DNA from: Ginglymostoma cirratum
Taxonomy: Eukaryota
Direction: 5' to 3'
Assembly (NCBI GenBank): GCA_024137785.1
Contig: JAHRHZ010000029.1
Location: forward strand, 27,803,793 to 27,867,619
Length of the DNA: 63,827 nt
This document shows positions 28,079 through 38,355 of the stretch, in pieces. Made by a program: the position numbers and the translations under genes. Positions within the stretch are counted from its first letter, which is position 1, and the number at the start of each line of letters is the position of its first letter. The notes beneath the pieces were generated by a model, which was not told the origin of the DNA, ran no database searches, and saw only the letters and a list, made by a program, of their open reading frames with translations.

Positions 28079-28100
28079 GGAGCTTTTATATTTTGTTTTA

Positions 28101-28435
28101 GGGTGGCATGGTGGCTCAGTGGTTAGCACTACTGCCTCACAGCGCCAGGGACCCAGATTCACTTGCACCCCAGGCTACTGTCTGTGCGGTGTTTGCACAT
28201 TCTCCCTGTGTCTGTGTAGGTTTCCTCCGGGTGGTCTGGTTTCCAAAGATGTGCAGGATAGGTGGATTGGTCATGCTAAATTGACCATAGTGTCTAGTTT
28301 GTCCCAGCTGGATGAATTAGCCATGGGAAATGCAGAATTACCGGGGCAACATAGGGAGTGCATCTGGATGGGATGCTCTTCGAAGTGTCGGTGGTAGCCT
28401 GAATGGCCTGTTTCCACACTGTAGGGATTCTATGA
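28101..28435 (+). mobile_element. V-SINE (HE1-like) tRNA-derived SINE
   Basis: A box GGTGGCTCAGTGGTTAGCAC and V-domain gtctgtgcggtgtttgcacattctccctgtgtctg...tttcctccggg...ccaaagatgtgcagg...ggattggtcatgctaaattg, with a CR1-like tail. A partial copy lies on the minus strand at the window end (~63780-63827). Confidence 0.85.
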
Positions 28436-30598
28436 ATTCTCTGAACTGTAAGAAGCATAGCAAGTTTCCACAAACAGCAACATGATGACCATATAGCCTG
28501 TTTTTGTGATGTTGATTGAGGGCAAATTTGGCCAGGACAGCAGGGAGAGCTCCCTGTTCTTCGAAACAGTGACATCAAAACTATTGCATCCGTCTCTGTT
28601 TAATATCTCATTGACAGTGTAACACTCCATCAGTACTGCACTTCAGTCAGTCTTGATTTTTGTGTTCTAACTCTGAAGAGGGACTTGAACTCAGAGGCAA
28701 AGGTACTAACCACTGAACCTCCCAAGTAAAGTTGAGAAGTGTCTGTATATCTGAAATGAAAGCCTGAGGATATAATTTAAATATTTATCTTTGCTGCTAA
28801 AATCCACTTCATATTATGTAGGATAAATTAAATTGACACTAAAATTGGAATGTCGGTTAATAAAGGCTACTTTCTGAGAATTGAAATTCCCATGGAGTGT
28901 TTTGGACTTCCACAGAGCTACTGTTACATGCCCATGCTATTTTGCTCACCTTATTTTGAAAAGAAAAATAATTGCTTCATAAGTCAGATTTTAGGGCACT
29001 TCCTGTACAAATTAATTGCTGTCAAGCAGCTCTTTGATAAAAGCAAATGGCAATTCCCCACCTGAGCTGTTTTTGGCTCGTGTCAGCAATACTCAGCATT
29101 GAAGTAACTGTGCTGTCTCCAAGCACTGAGCTGTTTGGGCATGTTGTGTGTCAATTGACAGAAGTGGCAAGAAGTTAGACATTTTTATTTTCATTCTTTC
29201 CAAACTCATTCTCCATTGCCCCAGCCCCCTCTATCCTTTCCTTTTCTCTCCCAAAGGTATTGATTTATGCTGCGATAGACTTGTGCAGACAATTGCAGCT
29301 ACCAAGTAGTTCGCCCAAATGCTTTTATGCGTGAGCCTAAGTAATGTATTTCAGCATGCTGCCGGGCTATGAGAGACATTATACCTGTACTTCATCCTTA
29401 ACCTACCCTCACCTGGGTGTGGATTTTGTCTCGCATGTGAGAATGAGTAGACCTGGACTGAATGTTGTCCGGGGTGATGGTGGCCCCAAAAGGGAGCTGA
29501 AAAGCTGGGGCTAACCCTGCCTCGGTTGTTTCTGCAAGCCCTGAAAATGATTCTGTGACAACCTGTAATTAACTACCTGGCATTAGGTTTCCTCTCCCAA
29601 TAGGATGGCCAGCAGCTGTTCTGTCCTACAGGGCCATAAGGAGCAGGAACTCACTGCCAGGACTGCATCAGCTAGGAGTTATGCAATTACCACCACTCAG
29701 GGATCCAGAGCAGTAGAATCAGAGTTGTTGGAGCCAGTCGAGGAGTGATGGGCAGTGGTTGTTGAGGGCCTGGGCAGGGGTGGTTCCATGGACACAGTGT
29801 TTGCCACTAGGGGTGCTGTGAGTCCCACGGTGTCTGCTCAGGGGGCCTCCATGTCCCGGGCTGGCAGGGAGGTTACCAGTTTCTACCGAGGCTCTCCCCA
29901 TGGAGTAAAGGATCCCCCTGCTACTGGTAGAATGGCAGTGGCAGCAGGACCATTGGACTCTAGAATGGAAGATCCTCTATCTACCTGCCACTGAGAAGTT
30001 TGACATGTCAGCAAAACAATGGGCACCAGCTCCCCGCCAAACATTTCTTTAGAAGTTTCGTCCCCTCTGCCACCCAGCATGCTCCGATAGCTTATGATAC
30101 CCTGGAATGTTTGCTTTGCTGCTGCTTTTGCTTCCTCCTCTTCTTAAGTTGGCCCAATTGTAAGGACCATGACAATTATTTGCCAAACCATGTCAGAATG
30201 CCATGACTTTGTTTACTACAGGTAGGCTGAGTCTACCTCAGCCAGAACAGGAATCGAGTGCCATGCTGCTGGTGTTAATCTAATCCATAATTTAGTAGTC
30301 TCCCCGTCTGAGCTCATCAAATCCAACAAACAGGGAAAGCATAAATGCAGTTTCCTATGTAACAAAATTAGTGACATCATGCACCGTTGCCTCATTAGAA
30401 CCTCTTTCATTTCAAAGTTCAATCTAAAATGTGGTATTGACACCTACTGTAAAATAGTCTGCTTTTAGAAAAAGTAATTTTCAGTGATCAAGCTGCATGT
30501 CATCTTTCAAATTCCTCTTCTGCCAAGGATCCAAATCTCATTGAAAGAACAAGGCATAAAGGCTATAGTTTTGAAATTAATCTCAAACCTTCTGTCTA

Positions 30599-31945
30599 TC
30601 ATAGAGTCATAGAGATGTACAGCATGGAAACAGACCCTTCAGTCCAACTGGTCCATGCTAACCAGATATCATAGATAAATCTGGTCTCATTTGCCAGCAT
30701 TTGGCCATAACAGTCTAAACCCTTCCTATTCATATACCCATCCAGATACCTTTTACATGTTGTAATTGTTTTAGCCTCCGCCACTTCCTCTGGCAGCTCA
30801 TTCCATATACACACCATCCTCTGCATGAAAATGTTGCCCCTTTGGTCCCTTTCAAACCTTTTCCCTCTCACCTTAAACCAATGCCCTCTAGTTTTGGACT
30901 CCCCCCACCCTGGGGAAAAGACCTTGTCTATTTATCCTATCCATGCCCCTCCTGATTTTATAAACCTCTATAAGGCCATCCCTCAGCCTCCGATGCTTCA
31001 GGGAAAATAGTCCCAGCCTATTCAGCCTCTGCCTATAGCTCAAACCCTCCAACCCTGACAACATTCTTGTAAATCTTTTCTGAGCCCTTTCAAGTTTCAC
31101 AATATTCTTCACGCAGTATGCCAAAAGTGGCGTAACAAATGTCCTTTACAGCCGCAACATGACCTTCCAACTCAATGCATTGACCAATAAGGGCAAGCAT
31201 ACCAAAAGCCTTCTTCACTATCCTATCTAACTGCAACTCCACTTTCAAGGAACTATGAACCTGCACTCCAAGGTTTCTTTGTTCAGCAACAGTCCCCAGA
31301 ACCTTACCATTAAGTATATAATTCGTGCAGTGATTTGCCTTTCCAAAATGCAGCATTTATCTAAATTAAACTCCAACTGCCACTCCTCGGCCTATTGGCC
31401 CATCTGATCAAGATCTCGTTGTACTCTAAGGTAACCTTCTTTGCTGTCCACTATGCTTCCAATTTTGGTGTCATCTGCAAACTTACTAACCATACCAGCT
31501 ATGTGCACATACAAAGTATTTTATATACATGAAAAGCAGTGGATCTAGCACCAATCCTTGTGACACACCACTGGTCACTGGCCTCCACCACTAACCTCTG
31601 CCTTCTACCTTCGTACCAGTTCTGTATCCAAATGGCTAGTTCTCCCTGTATTCCATGTGGTCTAAAAACCGAAAGACCAGTGGATGCTGTAAATCAGGAA
31701 CAAAAACAGAAGTTGCTGGAAAAGCTCAGCAGGTCTGGTAGCATCTGTGAAGAAAAAAAAATCAGAGTTAATATTTCAGATCCAGTGACCCTTCCTCAGA
31801 ACTCATTTCTGAGTAAGGGTCACTGGACCCAAAGCGTTAACTCTTATTTTTAATTCACAGATGCTGCCAGCCCTGCTGAGCTTTTCCAGCAACTTTTGTT
31901 TTTGTTCCATGTGATCTAACCTTGCTAACCAGTCTACCACCATAA
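30599..31945 (-). mobile_element. CR1-clade LINE 3' portion (interrupted by mini-PLE at 31666)
   Basis: FADDTKIG, LHFGKAN, LERAQKRFTRMLSGLEGLSYRQRLNRLGLFSL; catagagtcatag tail. Confidence 0.92.
31666..31904. mobile_element. Fold-back mini-PLE (family B) inserted in a CR1 LINE, 15-bp TSD
   Basis: Arms 31666-31803 (-) and about 31807-31904 (+). TSD TTCCATGTG(G/A)TCTAA at 31651-31665 and 31905-31919; CR1 sequence continues across the insertion. Confidence 0.9.
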
Positions 31946-34265
31946 AATACATTGCCTTCCTCTGCACATTTCAACCACCAGTTGATATTTTTACACAGGG
32001 GAGGAAGATTTCCTTTATGTAACTGATTCAACAAAATTATTAACAAGTATGCAAACAATGAATGCTGCTGTAATTCCAGCCTCCAAGGTTGTCTGTAAAC
32101 TGATTACAAAAGTCCTCCACAAAATGTATCTTATTTACACCATTATTGTTACAACATCAATCGGAGTTAACTATTTTCTGATAATCTTGTAAACCTGACA
32201 AAGATAGATCATCAAACATGGATGTTATACCTGCTGTGGTAAACATCCATTGAACTGATAGCATGGTTTATTAAACAGCACTTAGGTGCACACTTTAGGG
32301 TTATCACTTCCTTTTGTTCGCTAGGTTGGGTGCTCAGCTGAGAATGCTCACTGAGGTCACCAGGGTAACAGTTAACAAACTGCTGTTCCTGTGAAGGGAG
32401 GTTTTATTTGTGCAATCGCGCTGCAGGTTACTGCAGCACCAGATTATTTGAGCCACTCTTAGCTATAAAAACAGCATTACATTGCAGACAGCTGCCAGGG
32501 TTTCATTGTCATGCAGAAAGCTGTCTGGAGCCAGATTTCTAGCCATTAGATAAAAAGCATGTGAAGACGCTCGAGAATCTGTTCCCGTCAATCACACCTT
32601 AAACAAAATGACCAGCGAAAGGATCTAGTCATGGTGCTGAAATGCTAAAGTGAAAGCAGTTTAAAATGTCATCTTTCTCCGTGCTAACCCAGACCTAGAG
32701 AAGAAGAAAGATGCACAATTTCATCTTTTCTTGAAATCTAATCTTTTAGAGGAAATGTGCTAATTGACTTGCAATTATATAGCATTTTCATGTCCACTGA
32801 ACATCTCAACACAGTTTATGGCGTCAAAGTGGCAGAGGCATAGCGGTAATGTCACTGGACTAGTAATCTAGCGAGCCAGACTAATGCTCTGCTCATGCCA
32901 GCTGCTGGAATTTAAATTCAATTAATAAATCTGGAATTGCAAACTAGTGTCAGTAATGGTGATCATGACAGCTATCATCAATTGTCCTAAAATCCCATCT
33001 GGTTCACTAATGTCCTTTAGGGAAGGAAATCTGTAGTCCTTGGTCTAGCATAAATATGACTGGAAACCCACAGTAATTTCATTGACTCTTAACTGCCCTC
33101 CAAAAAGCACGAGCTCTGTTCAGGGGCAATTGGGAGCAGACGATAGATGCTGGCCTTGCCAGTGACATCCACCTCCCATGAAAGAATTTAAAAGAAAAAT
33201 TTATGAACTGTTGTAATTTATTGAATGTGTTGTAGTGTGATGAAGAAGAGCTGCACTGTGAGAGGTGCCATCTTTCAGATGCAACTAATAGAATCATAAG
33301 AATTAGACAATACGGAAGAGGATCTTCTGCCCATCGAGTTTGTATGACCTAAAAATACACTACTACCTACACTAGTCCCACTTTCCCACACCAGGCCTAT
33401 AGAATGAGGCCTGACTGTCCATTCAGTCAAATGGCACTGTTTCAAGGCAGAGTAGACAGTTCTCCCCACTGTCCTAACTGATCTTGTATAGTTTAATTCT
33501 GAGGTCGTTGAGTGTGTGTTCTATAAATGTCACTGCTCAAAAGCAAATAAAAACAAAGTGGCACTCTAAATAAATCAGAATTGTGAGACCAAAAGTAAAT
33601 TAAAAATTTCCAAATGCTAGTCCTCTTTAAGAATTGAAATTTTAACTTATTTTGATTCTGCTATAGGATTAACAGGATTCCTGTAGAGAACGGAAGTAAT
33701 CGCTAACGCTAAGAATGAGCAGGGGTTAGATTGTGATCACTACCTGCAAACTCCTTTTCATGTCACACATCCTTCTAATTTGGAACCATATCATCGTTCT
33801 TTCACTGTCACTGGGTCAAAGCCCTGGAACTCCCTCCCTTGCATACTATGGGACCACGCAGACTCTGTGGTTCAAGAAGATGGTGGCAACAGCTCGCCAC
33901 CACTTTATCAAGGAACATTAAGGATGGGCAGTAAATGTTGATCTTTTCACGGCACCCACTTCTAAGAGTAAATAAAAAGCTGATAAAAAAACCTGTTGTA
34001 GATGTAGTTCACATTGCAACCATGCAACAAAACCATAGAGATAATGGAAGTAAAAGATCCTGCACTAGTTCCTCTGATTCCTGTGATTGAGGGTGCTGGG
34101 TATAATGTTATGATTTTTGGGGAGACCATGAATATTTAAAAAGAAATTCAAACTCCCTGTTGTTAACTGAAAATATTGTATCAGAAGGCTTCACATACTA
34201 AACAAAAAATCTACTGTGTAAGAATCAAACAAAGGAAGCACTACTAACCTAACACTGTATTTCAT

Positions 34266-34372
34266 AAGAGATAAAAGATACTGCAGATGCTGGAGAATCC
34301 GAGATAACAAGCATGGGGCTGGATGAACACAGCAGGTCAAGCAGCATCATAGGAGCAGGAAAACTTATGTTT
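34266..34372 (-). mobile_element. Family-A pLTR (subfamily with catggggctgg), running into an assembly gap
   Basis: gagataaaagatactgcagatgctggagaatccgagataacaagcatggggctggatgaacacagcaggtcaagcagcatc. Confidence 0.85.
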
Positions 34373-34772
34373 NNNNNNNNNNNNNNNNNNNNNNNNNNNN
34401 NNNNNNNNNNNNNNNNNNNNNNNNNNNNNNNNNNNNNNNNNNNNNNNNNNNNNNNNNNNNNNNNNNNNNNNNNNNNNNNNNNNNNNNNNNNNNNNNNNNN
34501 NNNNNNNNNNNNNNNNNNNNNNNNNNNNNNNNNNNNNNNNNNNNNNNNNNNNNNNNNNNNNNNNNNNNNNNNNNNNNNNNNNNNNNNNNNNNNNNNNNNN
34601 NNNNNNNNNNNNNNNNNNNNNNNNNNNNNNNNNNNNNNNNNNNNNNNNNNNNNNNNNNNNNNNNNNNNNNNNNNNNNNNNNNNNNNNNNNNNNNNNNNNN
34701 NNNNNNNNNNNNNNNNNNNNNNNNNNNNNNNNNNNNNNNNNNNNNNNNNNNNNNNNNNNNNNNNNNNNNNNN

Positions 34773-34963
34773 GTGTGTGTGTGTGTGGGAGGGGTGGTGT
34801 GTGTGTGTCTGTGTGTGTGAGTGTGAGTGTGTGTGCGTGTGTGTGTGTGTGTGCGCATGCGCGTGCGCGTGCGTGTGTGTGTGTTGAGGAGGTGTGTGTG
34901 TGTGTTGAGGGTGTGTGGGTGTGTCTGTGTGTGTGCGGGGGGAGCGGGTGTGTGTGGGTGTGG

Positions 34964-35003
<40 letters not shown>
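34773..35003. repeat. (GT)n/(GC)n microsatellite next to a 400-nt assembly gap (34373-34772)
   Basis: Seen directly in the sequence. Confidence 0.97.
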
Positions 35004-35008
<5 letters not shown>

Positions 35009-35520
35009 GGTGGTAAAATCTCCTCGTGGGCCAACTCATAGGCCTGGCCACAGTGGCCATGAACAGACCCAGGTTGTGGGCCGTAGAGGGGGTCTTCGTT
35101 AGTGACTATCTGTTCCTCTGCCATGGCTATGTTTATGTCTGGGTGCCCTTGGAGAGGAGGATGCGGTGTGCAACAACACTCTCATTGCGTTTATTTAGAG
35201 ATGGATGGGCGCTGTGGATGTGTGGAGTGCAATGTTTTGTCCCTCCAACTCCATTTTAATTTATTCCCATCCGTCTCTCTCAAACCTACCTGTAATGATC
35301 GGAACCGGGTTGGCTAGGTTGATCTCATTGAGTATGAGTTCCCTGATTGAGGCTTTTAATGTGGCCAATCAGGGAGCTCTGGCTGACAGATAGAAACAGG
35401 AGTCTCAAGGATCCTCCACACTCTAGGGGCTGGCTCTGAGCTGGCTGGTCAGAGCCCATGAACTGAGCACATGTAAATAAAGGGTGACTTGGTGATGGGA
35501 AACTGGCCTTCTGATTTCTG

Positions 35521-35556
35521 ATTTCTGATGAAGGGTCTAGGCCCGAAACGTCAAGT
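35521..35556 (+). ncRNA. Minimal hammerhead ribozyme motif in PLE pLTR (family A), intact core
   Basis: attt CTGATGA a GGGT ctag GCCC GAAAC GTC aag: CUGAUGA core, stem II, GAAA, palindromic ACGT stem III, GUC cleavage triplet. Confidence 0.7.
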
Positions 35557-35606
35557 TTTCCTGCTCCTATGATGCTGCTTGACCTGCTGTGTTCATCCAG
35601 CCCCAC
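35521..35606 (+). mobile_element. Family-A pLTR copy
   Basis: Reverse complement of the 34266 and 35817 copies. Confidence 0.85.
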
Positions 35607-35815
35607 GCCTCTTACACACAGAAATCAGTCTGTTTGCTTTAATGTCTGCTTCTTAGCTGATAGTGTGTTTAACTGTTTTAAATAATCTAAGTAATTATTA
35701 GACATGATCATTAATATGACAGTGGAGGGAGTGTTTGCTGAAGTTGGATGAGGCTCTGACCAAGCAGACTGCTTTGTCCTGGCTGGTGTCGAAACCTGAA
35801 ACCATTCCATTGTAT

Positions 35816-35940
35816 CAGAGATAAAAGGTACTGCAGATGCTGGAGAATCGAGATAACAAGCATGGGGCTGGATGAACACAGCAGGTCAAGCAGCATCATA
35901 GGAGCAGGAAAACTTGACGTTTTGGGCCTAAACCCTTCAT
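35816..35940 (-). mobile_element. Family-A pLTR solo insertion
   Basis: Complete tail end; CATTGTAT repeated at 35808-35815 and 35938-35945. Confidence 0.85.
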
Positions 35941-36404
35941 TGTATTAACTTCTGTAACTTTTCTGCCATTAGCATTTGCTGGAACCTCATCTGATTCAAA
36001 TTTTAATGCCACTACATTGTGAATGCCAGACTCTGGTAGAACTGTGAAAAGCTACTAACTCTTGTGTGCGCACAAGGCTCAGAAATCCCTTCAAGAGGCT
36101 TTGTGATTAAAGCATTAAGATATCAGTAAACCTTTCTAGATCATCTCACAATTTACAGCAATGTACAGCATCCATGAGGATTTCTGCAGCCCTCTAGCCT
36201 TCTGTTCTGATCCTCTGCACCATTATTTCATTCTCCAGGATAAAACAGGCCAGCAAGTGCTTGACAATGCTGAGAGACTTTGACCACACACATTTGAATG
36301 GGAAACCAAAGAAACATAGGCTGTGAGATCATTACTGAAAGGAAAGAGATAACAAGGTGTATAACGAGGAACAAGCAGGCCAAGCAGCATCATAGGAGCA
36401 GGAA

Positions 36405-36440
36405 GGCTGACGTTTCGGGCCTAGACCCTTCTTCAGAAAT
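36405..36440 (-). ncRNA. Minimal hammerhead ribozyme motif in the 3' pLTR of the coding PLE
   Basis: Reverse complement: atttCTGAAGAagggtctaggcccGAAACGTCagcc; same orientation as the PLE ORF. Confidence 0.65.
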
Positions 36441-36738
36441 GGGGGAGGGGAAGGGGGTTCTGAAATAAATAGGGAGAGAGGGGGAGGCGGATAGAGGATG
36501 GATAGAGGAGAGGATAGGTGGAGAGGAGACAGACAAGTCAAAGAGGCGGGGACGGAGCCAGTAAAGGTGAGTGTAGGTGGGGGGGTAGGGAGGAGATAGG
36601 TCAGTCCAGGGAGGACGGACAGGTCAAGAGGGCGGGATGAGGTTAGAAGATAGGAGATGGGGGTGCGGCTTGAGGTGGGAGGAGGGTATAGGTGGGAAGA
36701 AGGACAGGTTAGGGAGGCGGAGACGAGCTGGGCTGGTT

Positions 36739-37850
36739 TTAGGATGCGGTAGGGGGAGGGGAGATTTTGAAGCTTGTGAAGTCCACATTGATACCATTGG
36801 GCTGCAGGGTTCCCAAGCGGAATATGAGTTGCTGTTCCTGCAACCTTCGGGTAGCATCGTTGTGGCACTGCAGGAGGCCCAGGATGGACATGTCGTCTGT
36901 GGAATGGGAGGGGGAGTTGAAATGGTTTGCGACCGGGAGGTGCAGTTGTTTAGTGCAAGCCGAGCTTAGGTGTTCCATAAAGCGAGCCCCAAGCCTCCGC
37001 TTGGTTTCCCCGATGTAGAGGAGGCCACAACGGGAACAGCGGATGCAGTATACCACATTAGCAGATGTGCAGGTGAACATCTGCTTGATGTGGAAAGTCT
37101 TCTTGGGGCCTGGGATGGGGGTGAGGGAGGAGGTGTAGGGGCAGGTGTAGCACTTCCTGCGGTTGCAGGGAAAAGTGCCGGGAGAGGTGGGGCTGGAGGG
37201 GAGTGTGGAGCGGACAAGGGAGTCATGCAAAGAGTGGTCGCTCCGGAAAGCAGATAAGGGTGGGGAGGGAAAAATGTCTTTGGTGGTGGGGTCGGATTGC
37301 AGATGGCAGAAGTGTCGGAAGATGATGCGTTGGATCCGGAGGTTGGTGGGGTGGTATGTGAGGATGAGGGGGATTCTGTTTTGGTTGTTATTACGGGGAC
37401 GGGGTGTGAGGGATGAGTTGCGGGAAATGCGGGAGACATGGTCGAGGGCGTTCTCGACCACTGAAGGGGGGAAGTTGCAGTCCTTGAAAAATGAGGACAT
37501 CTGAGATATACGGGAGTGGAATGTCTCATCCTGGGAGCAGATGCGGCGGAGGCGAAAGAATTGGGAATAGGGGATGGCATTTTTGCAGGAAGGTGGGTGG
37601 GAGGAGGTGTATTCTAGATAGCTGTGGGAGTCGGTGGGCTTGAAATGGATATCAGTTTCTAGGTGGTTACCGGAGATGGAGACAGAGAGGTCCAGGAAGG
37701 AGAGAGCGGTATTAGAGATGGTTCAGGTGAACGTAAGGTTGGGGTGGAAGCTGTTGGTGAATTAGATGAACTGTTCGAGCTCCTCAGAGCACGAGGCGCC
37801 GCCGATACAGTCGTCAATGTAACGGAGGAAGAGGTGGGGTTTAAGGCCAG
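36739..37850 (-). pseudogene. PLE RT C-terminus, Cys linker and GIY-YIG endonuclease (disrupted)
   Basis: LFLRYIDDC (YIDD at 37821-37810), FLDLSV, KPTDSHSYL, SHP..CKNAIPYSQFFRLRRICS, linker CNRRKCYTC, GIY-YIG VVYCIRCSRCGLLYIGETKRRL...HFNSPSH...EQQLIFRLGTLQPNGIN. The RT part has in-frame stops; 36739-37500 is open. Confidence 0.92.
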
Positions 37851-38040
37851 CGTACGTACGAAACGTCAGCCTTCCTGCTCCTCTGATGCTGCTTGGCCTG
37901 CTGTGTTCATCCAACTCTACACCATGTTATCTCAGATTCTCCAGCATCTGCAGTTCCTACTATCACTGAAAGGAAAGACTTTATTTTGCTATGTTCTGTT
38001 TCAGTTGTGTGGTGAAGGATTTATCTTGGCATTTGACTTC

Positions 38041-38355
38041 AGTCATAGACATACATAGCACGGAAACAGGCCCTTTGACTCAACTTGTCTGCCCCAACCA
38101 GGTTTCATGAACTGAACTAGTCCCATTCACCTACATTTAAGCACATATGCCTTTAAACCTTTCCTATCCATGTACCTGTGAAAACGTCTTTTAAATGTTG
38201 TAATTGCACCCGCCTCTACCATATCCTCTGGCAGCTCCTTCCATCTACACACCACCCTGTGTGTGAAAACGTTGATGCTCAGGTCTGTTTTAAACTTTTC
38301 CCCTCTCACCTTGAACATATGCTCCTCTAGTTTTGGGCACTAGGGAAAAGACCTA
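38041..38355 (-). mobile_element. CR1 3' end
   Basis: FKVRGEKFKTD...FTHRVVCRWKELP. Confidence 0.85.

Larger units (their letters stand above)
36348..37964 (-). mobile_element. 5'-truncated Penelope-like retroelement (Neptune-type) with inverted terminal repeat and 14-bp TSD
   Basis: Body on minus strand 37850-36348; inverted pLTR copy on plus strand about 37857-37964. Flanking direct repeat ACTGAAAGGAAAGA at 36334-36347 and 37965-37978. Confidence 0.92.

Noticed and set aside
28101-28180. tRNA-like sequence
   Set aside because: It is a SINE head with a degenerate B box and continues into the V-domain; not a tRNA gene.
34249-35124. Long ORFs rich in HT/CV repeats and X
   Set aside because: Artefacts of the N gap and the (GT)n microsatellite; the same applies to 15119-15764.
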